Shown here: positions 11,148 through 21,753 of the stretch, in pieces
Numbering within the stretch: the stretch's first letter is position 1
How the letters are laid out: every line of letters starts with the position of its first letter
Origin: a bacterium
Lineage (GTDB): Bacteria > Margulisbacteria > Marinamargulisbacteria > GCA-2716485 > JAYNIM01
Assembly (NCBI GenBank): GCA_038109055.1
Contig: JAYNIM010000001.1
Location: 645,081 to 709,080 of the forward strand
DNA: 64,000 nucleotides
Direction of reading: 5' to 3'
Notes under the pieces: model-generated
What the model was told of the DNA's origin: nothing
The model's input: only the letters and a program-made list of their open reading frames with translations
Database searches by the model: none
Made by a program: the position numbers and the translations under genes

Positions 11148-12296
11148 TTGACGCCTCTTTCACAAGAAGAAGCTCAGCGCTATGCAAGGCATCTTATTTT
11201 ACCTGAGGTAGGAAAATCGGGTCAGGAATGTTTAAAGTCGGCGTCTGTTTTATTGATTGGTGCCGGAGGATTAGGCTCTCCAATGGCACTTTATTTGGCG
11301 GCTGCTGGTGTTGGTCACTTGGGTATTGTTGATTTTGATGTTGTTGATGTATCTAACTTACAGCGACAAATTTTGCATGGTGAAAGCACTCTTGGTCAGA
11401 CTAAACTTAACTCCGCTAAAAAACGTCTTAAAGATCTTAATCCTTTCATTCATTTGACCCTTATTGAAGAACCCTTAACCTCAGATAATGCCCTATCTCT
11501 TTTTAAGGACTATGATGTTATTGCAGATGGTACAGATAATTTCCCCACACGTTACCTTGTCAATGATGCCTGTGTTTTAAGCCATAAACCGAATGTTTAT
11601 GCCTCTATTTTTCGCTTTGAAGGCCAACTATCTGTTTTTAACTATCAAGATGGCCCTTGTTATCGTTGTGTATATCCTGAACCCCCACCACCTGGCCTAG
11701 TCCCTTCTTGTGCTGAAGGTGGTGTTTTGGGCGTTCTTCCAGGCGTCATGGGGTCTCTTCAGGCTAATGAAGTTCTTAAAGTGATACTGGATATAGGTGA
11801 TGTGGCGTCTAAGCGGCTTGTTCTTTATGATGCTCTTAAGCTCCGTTTTAGAGAACTTAAATTAAAGAAAGATCCACAATGCCCTATTTGCTCCCAACAT
11901 CCAACTCAAACTCAACTCATTGATTATCAGGGTTTTTGCGGTATTTCTGCAGATTCTACAACTGAATCTGAACCCTCTATTCCTAGCATGTTAGTCAAGG
12001 AGTTAGCCACACTTATGAACAACCCTGCTTCAAAGACTGTATTAATTGATGTTCGTGAGGCTCATGAACGTGATATTTGTACGATTGAAGGTTCTATATG
12101 GGTCCCATTAAATCAAGTTGATGATTATTTTCTTAGCTGTGATAAACATCAGCATTATATTATTCATTGCAAATCAGGCGGACGTTCAGCTAAAGTGGTA
12201 CAACTTTTACGGAATAAAGGCTTTGATGCCTGTAATTTACATGGGGGGATAATGGCTTGGGCTCACGAAATTGATCCGTCTATGCTACACTATTAG
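11148..12296 (+). CDS. moeB: MoeB/MoeZ-type E1-like adenylyltransferase with C-terminal rhodanese
   Basis: RYARHL, GAGGLG, SNLQRQ, CYRC/CPIC, CKSGGRS; likely TTG start 11148 with GGAGG 8 nt upstream. Confidence 0.93.
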   Translation: MTPLSQEEAQRYARHLILPEVGKSGQECLKSASVLLIGAGGLGSPMALYLAAAGVGHLGIVDFDVVDVSNLQRQILHGESTLGQTKLNSAKKRLKDLNPFIHLTLIEEPLTSDNALSLFKDYDVIADGTDNFPTRYLVNDACVLSHKPNVYASIFRFEGQLSVFNYQDGPCYRCVYPEPPPPGLVPSCAEGGVLGVLPGVMGSLQANEVLKVILDIGDVASKRLVLYDALKLRFRELKLKKDPQCPICSQHPTQTQLIDYQGFCGISADSTTESEPSIPSMLVKELATLMNNPASKTVLIDVREAHERDICTIEGSIWVPLNQVDDYFLSCDKHQHYIIHCKSGGRSAKVVQLLRNKGFDACNLHGGIMAWAHEIDPSMLHY

Positions 12297-12300
12297 AATT

Positions 12301-12621
12301 ATGATTAAAGACATTAGCTGCGAAGATCTAAAAAAAAAGCTAGAGGCCAAAGAGCACTTTGTTTTGTTGGATGTTCGCGAACAGGATGAGTATGATATTT
12401 GTCATTTTGATAATGCCCTTTTGATTCCTTTGGGTGACTTAAAAGAACGTTATCAAACCCTGGATACGGAGATTCCGGTTATTGTCTATTGCAAAATGGG
12501 AGGTCGTAGCGCTCAGGCTTCTGCCTTTTTAATGGAAAAGGGATTTAAAAATGTGAAAAATTTAGATGGAGGCATTCGACGGTGGTCGTTAGATATTGAT
12601 CCGGACATGCCCATGTATTAA
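12301..12621 (+). CDS. Single-domain rhodanese
   Basis: LDVRE, CKMGGRS, LDGGI. Confidence 0.92.
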   Translation: MIKDISCEDLKKKLEAKEHFVLLDVREQDEYDICHFDNALLIPLGDLKERYQTLDTEIPVIVYCKMGGRSAQASAFLMEKGFKNVKNLDGGIRRWSLDIDPDMPMY

Positions 12622-12651
12622 TAAAAATTAATTTATTTAGGAGAAGATAGT

Positions 12652-13587
12652 ATGACAACAAGAAAAGTAACCGTAATTGGAGCAGGAAACGTAGGGGCAA
12701 CAGCTGCCCAACGCATTGTAGAGAAACAATTAGCTAATGTCGTCTTAATTGATATTGTTGATGGGTTACCCCAAGGCAAAGCTTTAGATATGATGCAATC
12801 AGCTGCTGTTGAAGGCTTTGACACATCTATCATAGGTACCAACGATTATGCAGATACAGCGGACTCTGATGTGATTGTTATTACTGCTGGTATTGCTCGT
12901 AAGCCAGGAATGTCTCGTGATGATTTGTTAGCAACAAATGCAAAAATTGTTTCAACTGTTACGAAAGCCTCTATTGCGCAGTCACCTAATGCATTGATTG
13001 TGGTTGTCTCTAACCCCTTAGATGTCATGACACAACTTGCTTGGAACGTTTCTGGCCTAGATTCCAGGCGTGTAATCGGAATGGCAGGTGTGCTAGATTC
13101 GTCTCGCTATGCTTGTTTTATTGCTGAAGCCTTAAATTGCTCGATTAAAGATGTTCGCGCTATGGTCTTAGGGGGACATGGAGATACAATGGTACCGATT
13201 CCTGAATTTTCGACTGTTAATGGCATTTCGATTACTCACTTATTGCCCAAAGAAAAGATCGACGCCATCAACGAAAGAACTCGTCATGGGGGTGCTGAAA
13301 TTGTCAAACACCTAAAAACAGGTTCTGCCTATTACGCCCCTTCTTCCTCCGCTGTTGCGATGGTTGAAGCTATTTTATTAGATAGTAATCGTATTTTACC
13401 TGCTTGTGCATTATTACAAGGTGAATATGGTGTTAATGATTTATATTGTGGTGTCCCTGTTGCTTTAGGGAAAAATGGTATTAGTAAGATAATTACCTTA
13501 GACTTATCACCTGATGATTTAATTTCCTTACAAAATTCCGTCTCTGCAGTTAAAGAATTATCTGGAAAATTGACCGCTATGGTCTAA
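12652..13587 (+). CDS. mdh: Malate dehydrogenase (LDH-like)
   Basis: [22 protein letters not shown]. Confidence 0.96.
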   Translation: MTTRKVTVIGAGNVGATAAQRIVEKQLANVVLIDIVDGLPQGKALDMMQSAAVEGFDTSIIGTNDYADTADSDVIVITAGIARKPGMSRDDLLATNAKIVSTVTKASIAQSPNALIVVVSNPLDVMTQLAWNVSGLDSRRVIGMAGVLDSSRYACFIAEALNCSIKDVRAMVLGGHGDTMVPIPEFSTVNGISITHLLPKEKIDAINERTRHGGAEIVKHLKTGSAYYAPSSSAVAMVEAILLDSNRILPACALLQGEYGVNDLYCGVPVALGKNGISKIITLDLSPDDLISLQNSVSAVKELSGKLTAMV

Positions 13588-13671
13588 TTATTCCCGTATG
13601 TGACGCTTCCATTTCCTTTAGTATTTATTAGCCTTAAGCAGTCTATTTTTTAGATGTTTAAAGTGCTTTCT

Positions 13672-15063
13672 CTATAAACTAAAAAAAGATAAGTGTAATT
13701 TATTTTTGAGCTTTTTTAGTAGTCGTTTGCTTTTAGAAATTTTTCTGAGTGAATGGTAAGACAGATGTGGTTGTTGCTTTGAAATAGATTCTCCTAAGTT
13801 GATATAGGAATGTTTTGTTTTTTTGATACTCATTATCTGGGCTGGATATACACTACGATAGCCCGAAACAAGAAAACTGAGTATACACGATAAACAGGCA
13901 TAGGGAGCAATCCCCGCACCAAATAATTCAATGGCTAGTAGACAACTTGCAATCGGGGTGTTTGCTGTTCCGGCTAAAAAACTAACAAAGCCTAATGCCG
14001 CAAACATGGCTGGATCAGCTTGAAATACCTTCCCTATCACTGTCCCTAGTGTTGAACCGACAAATAGAATTGGTGTTAAAATCCCCCCACTTCCCCCAAA
14101 ATGTAAAGTAATCCCAGTGACTAATGTCTTTAAAAAGGGGGTTATTATCGAAAAGGTTTCTCCTTGTAAGGCCAAGCTGATTTCATTTAAACCTAAGCCC
14201 CATAATACCGTATCATGCCATACATATATGCCAATAACAAAGGTTCCAGCAATCAGTGCTGACCTGTAAAAATAGGTCTTATAGTTCTTAGCTAAAAAAT
14301 GAAAAAAACGCATCATTTCAATAAAAATAATACACCCTATTCCAAATACTAATGCTGCTATCAATACTTTTAAACATAAGATTGCAGTGAACTCCGGATT
14401 TGGCATGATAAACAAAAGTTCTGAATGTCCTCCAAAAAATTGAGTGACTTGATAACTCACAATCCCCGCTATTACTGAGGGTAATAAAAACTCATAAACT
14501 AATCGTCCTACAAACAATACTTCTACGCCAAAAATTGCGCCTGCAATTGGCGTTCCAAATACAGAAGCAAACCCTGCACTTACCCCACAAATAACCATTT
14601 TTTTACGATCTTCTTTAGTAAAATTAAAAAATTTAGCAATTGATGAAGATAGTGCTGCTCCAATTTGAGCACAAGGCCCCTCTTTACCTGCAGAGCCTCC
14701 AAATCCTAAGGTTAATATTGTCATACAAAACTTGATGGGTACTACACGAAAACGCATATCCCCGTCTCTTTTGTGGACGGCCTTAATTACTTTTTCGGTG
14801 CCATGCCCTGCGGAATCTGGTGATACATATCGTGTAACAAGTCTATTAATAACAAAAATTAATGGTAAAACTAAATAAACATGCGGATAATTTGCTCCTT
14901 GTTCAAGGCTAAAATCTAAGGTTTTTAAAAAAAGATTCACACAAACACCTACTAAAGCTCCGATCATTCCCGATAAAAATACCCATTTGATTAATGTTGC
15001 AAAGACAAACGATTCTTCAGTTAGAATAAAAAAATATTGTTTCAACACTTTTTTTATGTTCAT
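13672..15063 (-). CDS. ClC-family chloride channel/antiporter
   Basis: GGSAGKEGP, GFASVFGTP, GGSGGILTP. Confidence 0.93.
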   Translation of the reverse strand: MNIKKVLKQYFFILTEESFVFATLIKWVFLSGMIGALVGVCVNLFLKTLDFSLEQGANYPHVYLVLPLIFVINRLVTRYVSPDSAGHGTEKVIKAVHKRDGDMRFRVVPIKFCMTILTLGFGGSAGKEGPCAQIGAALSSSIAKFFNFTKEDRKKMVICGVSAGFASVFGTPIAGAIFGVEVLFVGRLVYEFLLPSVIAGIVSYQVTQFFGGHSELLFIMPNPEFTAILCLKVLIAALVFGIGCIIFIEMMRFFHFLAKNYKTYFYRSALIAGTFVIGIYVWHDTVLWGLGLNEISLALQGETFSIITPFLKTLVTGITLHFGGSGGILTPILFVGSTLGTVIGKVFQADPAMFAALGFVSFLAGTANTPIASCLLAIELFGAGIAPYACLSCILSFLVSGYRSVYPAQIMSIKKTKHSYINLGESISKQQPHLSYHSLRKISKSKRLLKKLKNKLHLSFFSL

Positions 15064-15175
15064 ATTATAGTCAACGATTTTAAGGTCTAAAAAATTTCAA
15101 AAAATAAAAAATGTTATTTTTAATATTTCTTAACTATATTGAACTTTTAAAGGTCTGAAAAGCTTTTTTAAAATG

Positions 15176-16285
15176 CTATGTCTTTTTCATCACTACTTTT
15201 GCAATTTCTCTACCTAGTTGAGTTAAAAATAACGCTGTTTTTTTCTGTGTAATCCATTGATTCTCTAGACAGTATTTACATACTTTATTTGAAAATGCCT
15301 CTGTCCATTGCATGTGATCTAAAAGATTATTTATGTTATTTTCACTTTTTTCTTCGCTTTGATTTTCATGGTGGAGTAATTGAATAGTTAATAACTTGGC
15401 TGAAAACTCTAGTTTCTTTTGTTTTTGATGACGGGCTCTTGTGATGAGTCCTTGAGTTGGAGATAAAAAAAAAGCAAGTAAAAAAAATAGCCCACACATC
15501 GTTGCCATCGCACCAGCTATGGATGTATCTAATAGCGCTGCCACGCTATAGCCAGTTATTGCTGATACACATGCAACGCCTATGGAGATAAACAACACAT
15601 TTAATAATCGGCGGCTTAATAATGTTGCGGTTGCCGCTGGTGTAATCATAAATGCAACCAACAGTACCGCGCCAACAGAATCAAACGCGACTACCGCTGT
15701 AATACTGACCAATGTCACTAATAGGTAGTGTATGAGCCCAGGGGTGATGCCCAAAATCAATGCCAAATTTTTATCAAAGGTTGTTATCTTAAGTTCTTTA
15801 TAAAAAAAACCTACAAAACTAGTATTAAGTAATAACACCATCCCCATTACCCAGCTAGCTTTGGGTCCTAAATCCCGTCCAAAAACCTCTAGTCGTTCAA
15901 AGGGAGCAAAGGCAATCTCCCCTAAAAGAACAGCGTCTTGATCTAAATGGACATTTCTGGCAAAAAGATTAATTAAAATAATGGCCAATGCAAAAAAACA
16001 AGGAAAAACCAAGCCAATAGCTGCGTCTTTCTTTACCTGTTTACTTTGAATAATCACTTCAATTAAATAAACTGTTAGTACCCCTGTCAGTGCAGCGGCA
16101 AAAATAAAAAAAGGAGAGTGGATATCCTTCAGCCAAAAGAACAATAAGACAATACCTAATAAAATAGAATGACTAATGGCGTCGCTGAGCATGGCGCTTT
16201 TTCGTAGTAATAAAAAGACGCCTGGAATAGCTGATGCGCTAGCGACCAAAAGCGCTAAAATGATAATATCTAATGAAACCATCAT
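15176..16285 (-). CDS. Mn/Zn/Fe ABC permease (TroD/MntD-like)
   Basis: MLSDAISHS, ABC-3 TM pattern, soluble C-terminal extension. Confidence 0.92.
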   Translation of the reverse strand: MMVSLDIIILALLVASASAIPGVFLLLRKSAMLSDAISHSILLGIVLLFFWLKDIHSPFFIFAAALTGVLTVYLIEVIIQSKQVKKDAAIGLVFPCFFALAIILINLFARNVHLDQDAVLLGEIAFAPFERLEVFGRDLGPKASWVMGMVLLLNTSFVGFFYKELKITTFDKNLALILGITPGLIHYLLVTLVSITAVVAFDSVGAVLLVAFMITPAATATLLSRRLLNVLFISIGVACVSAITGYSVAALLDTSIAGAMATMCGLFFLLAFFLSPTQGLITRARHQKQKKLEFSAKLLTIQLLHHENQSEEKSENNINNLLDHMQWTEAFSNKVCKYCLENQWITQKKTALFLTQLGREIAKVVMKKT

Positions 16286-17394
16286 GATGTGTTTTGTTTC
16301 TTTAAAAGTGTTAGGGCTTTTTGATGTCCTTTAGAACTTAATCCCCAACGATTTGGTGGAGATTTGTATACGAGTCCTTCTTGTCTTAATTTTTTTAAGG
16401 CCTGCTGTGTAGGTCGTTTACCGAAGAGTCTAAAACTATCGAATTCATGGGGATACCTTGGATCGTTGTGTGTGTTTGCAAGTATAAATAATTGCTGCAA
16501 AATACTCTCTTTACTGATGTTCCGTCGCTGCCATTGTTGTCTGATATAGGTGAGAAAAATCCCTTTTTTTGTCCCCAAAAGAAGAGATAAACCCGCTAGG
16601 CAAGAGACTACCACTACAATACATGGCCCTGTAGGTAAATGATCGATCATACTGCTTAGTGTAACGCCGATACAAGCAGATAGCATGGCAAAAGTAATAG
16701 ATAATATCATCATCACAGAAAATTTATGTGTCCATTGCCTAGCAGCCGTTCCAGGTGCTATTAACATGGCTGTCATCAAAATAATTCCTACACTTTGCAG
16801 TCCCGCAATAATACTTAAGGTTAATAAGGCCAATAATCCTTGAGTTAATCGTTTAATGGGAGCTCCTAATGTAGCAGCGTACGTTGAATCAAACGTTAAT
16901 AGTTTAAACTCCTTCCAAAGAGATAAGACGACCACTAATATGACAATAGAAATACCTGCCATTAGGTAAATATCTTCGATTAATAACCCTGCGGTGTAGC
17001 CAAATAAATAGTTCTCCAACCCACTTTGACTCGCTAAGGGCATTTTTTGAATCAGCGTTAACAATAATACTCCGAAACCAAAAAAAACAGACAATACCAC
17101 GCCTATCGCGGCATCCGCCTTTAAGCGACTATAGTCAATCAGTGACTGAATCAAATACATGGCTAAAGCTCCCCATATCAAGGCCCCTGTCAGTAACACC
17201 CAACTGGCTTTCTCTTTGGTAATTATAAATGCCAAACAAATCCCTGGTAAGGTTGCATGTGCAATTGCATCCCCAAATAAGCTTTGTTGTCTTAAGACAG
17301 CATAACAACTTAAAATCCCTGAACTTAATCCCATGAACAACGTCCCTACTAGGACCAAAAAAAATGTATAATCAAGCTGTAACATAAGGGTCAA
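16282..17394 (-). CDS. Mn/Zn/Fe ABC permease (TroC/MntC-like) with DtxR-like C-terminal tail
   Basis: GDAIAHATLPG; tail LKKLRQEGLV..WGLSSKG. Confidence 0.92.
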   Translation of the reverse strand: MTLMLQLDYTFFLVLVGTLFMGLSSGILSCYAVLRQQSLFGDAIAHATLPGICLAFIITKEKASWVLLTGALIWGALAMYLIQSLIDYSRLKADAAIGVVLSVFFGFGVLLLTLIQKMPLASQSGLENYLFGYTAGLLIEDIYLMAGISIVILVVVLSLWKEFKLLTFDSTYAATLGAPIKRLTQGLLALLTLSIIAGLQSVGIILMTAMLIAPGTAARQWTHKFSVMMILSITFAMLSACIGVTLSSMIDHLPTGPCIVVVVSCLAGLSLLLGTKKGIFLTYIRQQWQRRNISKESILQQLFILANTHNDPRYPHEFDSFRLFGKRPTQQALKKLRQEGLVYKSPPNRWGLSSKGHQKALTLLKKQNTS

Positions 17395-18134
17395 ATCGTT
17401 TCACTTAGATACGCAGAGCGTGATCCATAGGTTAAGCGTAGGTTCTCTTCTGTAAATACAGTCTCTACTGGACCATCTGCTATTTGCCTTACATTTAACA
17501 TAAAGATCCAATTAAAATAGGCTTTTACTGTTTGTAAATCGTGATGAACGACAATGATGGTTTTGCCCTCTGAACTTAGTTTTTTTAATAAGTGGATAAT
17601 TTCTCTTTCGGTTACTGCGTCAACACCAACAAAAGGTTCATCCATCAACAACACATCTGCATGTTGGACCAACGCACGGGCCAAAAAAATACGTTGCTGC
17701 TGGCCACCTGAAAGTTCACTAATATGTCGATCCATAAACAGTGTCATGCCTACCTGATCTAAGGCCTCTATGGCCTGCTGTTTTTGTTTAGCGCCAGGTC
17801 GTTTTATCCACCCTAGTTGGCCATAGGTCCCCATTAATACAACATCTAGTACAGTACAGGGAAAGTCCCAATCAATGGTATTTTTTTGAGGGACATAGGC
17901 AATTTTTTTAAGATTCTTCTTAATCTCTTCCCCAAAGAGTTCTGTGCGGCCTGCTGCTGGCTTGATCACGCCTAACATGGCTTTTAAAAAAGTGGTTTTA
18001 CCTGCACCATTTGGTCCTACAATAGCCATTAAGACCCCTTCTGGAATCTCCAGATCTATATCCCATAGTACCGCTTTATCCTCAAAAGCCATACTTAAAT
18101 CTTTGACTGAAATTGCTGTCTTGTTTTGTTGCAT
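17391..18134 (-). CDS. Mn/Zn ABC ATP-binding subunit (TroB/MntB-like)
   Basis: GPNGAGKT, LSGGQ, LMDEP, HHD. Confidence 0.95.
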   Translation of the reverse strand: MQQNKTAISVKDLSMAFEDKAVLWDIDLEIPEGVLMAIVGPNGAGKTTFLKAMLGVIKPAAGRTELFGEEIKKNLKKIAYVPQKNTIDWDFPCTVLDVVLMGTYGQLGWIKRPGAKQKQQAIEALDQVGMTLFMDRHISELSGGQQQRIFLARALVQHADVLLMDEPFVGVDAVTEREIIHLLKKLSSEGKTIIVVHHDLQTVKAYFNWIFMLNVRQIADGPVETVFTEENLRLTYGSRSAYLSETI

Positions 18135-18135
18135 G

Positions 18136-19083
18136 CTACTTTCGAGAGAGACCTTCAACGATAGCCATCACATTATGTTTGACCATGCCAATGTAGGTCC
18201 CTTCAGGGGTATCTTTTTCTCCTAAGGCATCCGAAAAAAGTTCCATTCCAATATCTACTTCTCCACCTTTGGCTTCTACCGCTGCTTGTAAGGCTTCTAC
18301 TTGTCGCACTGAAACAGATGTTTCTACAAAAATACAGGGAATCTCTTGTGTTAAAATGATCTGCGTTAAACGTTGTATGTCCTTGGTACCAGCCTCGGAG
18401 GCGGTACTCATGCCCTGAAGTCCCAATACCTTGATACCATACGCTCGACCAAAATATGTAAAGGCGTCATGGGCAGTAATTAATAGTCGTTTTGTTTTGG
18501 GTATGGCTTGTAATTCTTTTCTTAACTCTTTCTCTAATTGTTTTAATTTTTTAATATAGGCTTTCTCCTGTTCTGTAAAAAAAGTAGCTTCTTTGGGGAG
18601 TAATGTCCGTAATCCTTCCGCAACTTCTTCCACCGCGTACTGCCATAATGAAACATCAAACCATACGTGAGGATCGTAATTCCCTTCATACTCTTTGGGA
18701 CTCATTAATTTTTCTTTTGGAATGCTTCTAGTTACCGCAATTGCAGGTTTCGACTTGCTTAATTCCTCAAAAATATCTTGCATTTTAGCCTCTAAATGTA
18801 GTCCTGAATAAAAAATGAGATCCGCCTTATCTAAACGATGAGCATCCCCCTCTCTGGCTTTGTATAAATGAGGATCGATACCTGGCCCCATCAAGGTGAT
18901 GTGTTCGACTTTATCTCCGGCTAATTGGTTGACTAAATCAGCGACAATGTTGGTGGTTGAAACTACCCTTGGTTTTTCTGAGTCCTTATTGCCTCCACAG
19001 CCTGCTAAGAGCAGCAACACGCACAGTAGTACGATACTTTGTGCGTGTGTCTTGAGACGTCTTATATATTTAGAAGTGAACAT
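18136..19083 (-). CDS. Mn/Zn-binding lipoprotein (TroA/MntA-like)
   Basis: Lipobox LAGC; DPH, DPHVW, HDAF, SD ligands. Confidence 0.95.
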   Translation of the reverse strand: MFTSKYIRRLKTHAQSIVLLCVLLLLAGCGGNKDSEKPRVVSTTNIVADLVNQLAGDKVEHITLMGPGIDPHLYKAREGDAHRLDKADLIFYSGLHLEAKMQDIFEELSKSKPAIAVTRSIPKEKLMSPKEYEGNYDPHVWFDVSLWQYAVEEVAEGLRTLLPKEATFFTEQEKAYIKKLKQLEKELRKELQAIPKTKRLLITAHDAFTYFGRAYGIKVLGLQGMSTASEAGTKDIQRLTQIILTQEIPCIFVETSVSVRQVEALQAAVEAKGGEVDIGMELFSDALGEKDTPEGTYIGMVKHNVMAIVEGLSRK

Positions 19084-20155
19084 TAAGACCACTTACAATA
19101 CGAAGACTTTTATTGGCATGAGCATAGTTGTCGTTTATGAGCTCCGCTATCCATAACAGTTCTTTTTTTAGTTTATAACTAAAAGCCACTTGATAGCGTG
19201 TACAGCGATCATCTATTGTTCGTGATGTGTTGAGACCTGGGGATTTTATCCCTACAGATACCCCTTGCCCATCACCTGAATGATCCTTGGGAGTCCATTG
19301 GGAAATGCGCAAGCCAAGTTGATATTTTTGCCACTTGTAACTGTAGGCTACTGCGTATGATGATACCTTGTCGTTGGTTGCAGCTAGGTTGTCTGCAAAT
19401 GTAAATAGAGCGAGATACCCGCTAAATTTGTGTGAGTGATGTGTAAAGACAGCATCCAGCATCCAGGCATCTAGATTGGTATTAAAACTGTTGCTTTGCT
19501 CGCTTTGTTGATCTGCCGTATCATCACTTTTCCAGTATGTGAAAGAGGCTCTTGTTTTTGGCAATAGTTTAGACGATGCTACTTGTAAGACAGTCCCATA
19601 GTTATTATCTTCGTTGACTGCGTTTTCGCCACTCCCATTACTGATACTTGCAATAATATCGGCCCAGGGTAATCTTTTTTCTACTTTTATGCCCAAGGTA
19701 TTCAGCGTACCCATAAATCCCGCAAAGGCTTCATAACTAAGATCATTTAACACGAAGACCTCTGCAAAGGTATCGGCGTTGTTACTTAAGTAATGTGTCT
19801 CTTGGCCAAAGGGCGTATCAAATGATCCAAAACAAAGTGTAAAGGTCTTATCTAGCTGATACTCAATACTTAGATCTGTTACCTGCATGCTTGGCCCCTG
19901 CAGACCAAGATTACTCTCTCCTGCACCGCCTTGGAGTTGTAGCGTGGTTTTAAGCTCCTTACTAAGGTCATAGGTAACGGTGAGATTACTTGCCACGTCA
20001 AAGGCGCTTTTATGATTATTATTTTGATACAAGGCGCTATGTATTCCCAGTAAATGACCATCGATTGAAAAATCAGAGGTGATATCTATTGCAATGAGAG
20101 TTGTTGCAAACAAACTAATCCATAAATAGAGTATTAGGCGGTATTTTTTCATCAT
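19070..20155 (-). CDS. Putative outer-membrane beta-barrel/porin
   Basis: Signal peptide, amphipathic strands, FGSFDTPFG, terminal Phe; overlaps SBP gene. Confidence 0.7.
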   Translation of the reverse strand: MMKKYRLILYLWISLFATTLIAIDITSDFSIDGHLLGIHSALYQNNNHKSAFDVASNLTVTYDLSKELKTTLQLQGGAGESNLGLQGPSMQVTDLSIEYQLDKTFTLCFGSFDTPFGQETHYLSNNADTFAEVFVLNDLSYEAFAGFMGTLNTLGIKVEKRLPWADIIASISNGSGENAVNEDNNYGTVLQVASSKLLPKTRASFTYWKSDDTADQQSEQSNSFNTNLDAWMLDAVFTHHSHKFSGYLALFTFADNLAATNDKVSSYAVAYSYKWQKYQLGLRISQWTPKDHSGDGQGVSVGIKSPGLNTSRTIDDRCTRYQVAFSYKLKKELLWIAELINDNYAHANKSLRIVSGLNVHF

Positions 20156-20162
20156 TCTATAT

Positions 20163-20192
20163 ATTTTATAAATTAAGTATGCTTAATGTCAA
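20163..20192 (-). promoter_or_regulatory. Promoter of porin-Tro operon with overlapping DtxR/TroR-like operator
   Basis: Minus strand TTGACA-18-TAAAAT, 7 nt before ATG; inverted repeat ATTAAG-tatg-CTTAAT (20172-20187) between the boxes. Confidence 0.65.
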
Positions 20193-20256
20193 GATTAAAG
20201 TGTGGTTGATCCCTAATACTATGGACAGCCTACAGCATTCTCTTTATTATTTTTTA

Positions 20257-20631
20257 ATGTTGTTATTCATACTCTCTATCTTTGGTCTTTTATCGGTTGC
20301 CATCGGTGCATTTGCCGCACATATCTTAGAAGCTCTTCTTACAGAGGTACAACTTAATACGCTTAGTACTGCGGTTAACTATCATCAGCTTTATGCTATT
20401 TTATTAGTCTTATTAGAACTTTTTCGCCATTGTTCTTTGACTAAAAACCTTGTTACTAGATCTCTTATTTTATCCTTTCTTATTGCCGTCTCTGTCTTTA
20501 GTGGGAGTCTTTATTTCTACCTTTTGACCGGCATCAAATTCTTTGTTTTCATCACCCCTCTTGGTGGTTTTGGCTTGATGCTGTCTTGGGGCTATCTGGG
20601 ATATCGGGCCCTATCTTGTAAAAGATTATAA
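20257..20631 (+). CDS. DUF423/YgdD-family membrane protein (start uncertain)
   Basis: GAFAAH, TAVNYH, FSGSLY, ITPLGG. Confidence 0.88.
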   Translation: MLLFILSIFGLLSVAIGAFAAHILEALLTEVQLNTLSTAVNYHQLYAILLVLLELFRHCSLTKNLVTRSLILSFLIAVSVFSGSLYFYLLTGIKFFVFITPLGGFGLMLSWGYLGYRALSCKRL

Positions 20632-20650
20632 TTATCTATATTTTTTTACT

Positions 20651-21753
20651 ATGATTTTTAAACTTATTTAATTCTTTCATTTCTTACTTTTCTCTCTCTT
20701 TGTTCATGCAGCTTCTTTTTTATATGATTCTCATCTGTCACCAGAGTCAGGCTTTGTTTTACTCAGGAGTCTACATAACGATCTTTACAGTTACAAAGAA
20801 CCCCCCCCCCACTTTTAAGCATTAACAATCTAGATACTAAAGGTCTTGGAGCACGTAAACAACGTTTTTTAAAAATCTCACATTTATTTCTCATAGATGC
20901 TCCCCTCGCTTCTTACTTTACTGTTTGGCAACATGAGTACTTTGGGCATGCTTATCGAATGAGAGAATTAGGATTTACGACTATCAAAACGCGTGTTTAT
21001 TCACCCTGGCCTTATGTTAGTAACTCGTCTCAGTTAAGTTATGTGGCTGGGTGGGCTTCTGCAGACCCTCCAGAAACCTTGAATCTATTTGAAGAGATGA
21101 CCATGGTTGTTGAAGGTATCGAATCTACATTTTTACTTAGTCAGGACACTTTTAAAGATTGGTTTCAAGATGCTTCCCAATCTTATGCAAAACTTTTATT
21201 TGCAGATACTTCACGTAGTGGGTTCTGGAACTATGTTTTAGCTACAACTGAAGACAGCCTGCATGATGAAGATACAGGTAATGACATTACTCAATTTTTA
21301 CGAGGGACAAATGCGCTTTATGGGTATGACCAGCTTTCTGATTGGCGCTTATCTTTAGCTGACTTACAAACAGCCGCTATTATTGATTTTCTATCACCCA
21401 TGAATCTATATAGAAAACGAGCACTTTTTCAGGAATATAAATCTTTTAAAACTTTTTCCCCCTCCTTCTTACAGTTTAAAGGGGTGACATTTTTTCCAGA
21501 CTGGTCTGCACACATAAGTCCTTTTGGGTTGTATTGGCAAATAGACCTTTGGCTTAAACAAAATAACCATGTATCACGTTATTTTATTAACATTAATAGT
21601 GGCCTTTTTAAGGCTAAAATTCGACATACTCTCCGTCAATCTTTTAAGATTATCGCTGCTACAGGGTATAAATCTCAGGGTTATGTTACGTCTTATCCTT
21701 TAAAAGAAGGCCTTTTCTTTCAAGCTGGTGTTTCTGTAGATCTTCTTCATTAA
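20651..21753 (+). pseudogene. Exported protein with HEYFGH motif, interrupted by an early TAA and a frameshift at a C10 tract
   Basis: Signal-peptide-like frame from ATG 20651 (TAA at 20669) runs to C10 at 20801-20810; the downstream frame is continuous into ORF 20959..21753. Confidence 0.6.

Noticed and set aside
10868..12621. Bil/CBASS-type ubiquitin-like defence system
   Set aside because: No E2, JAB or CD-NTase; the E1 has ordinary MoeZ architecture in a core-gene context
13672..15175. Fluoride exporter with fluoride riboswitch
   Set aside because: Motifs are GHGTE/GKEGP rather than the CLC-F GNNLI/GREGT type, and no riboswitch consensus is visible upstream
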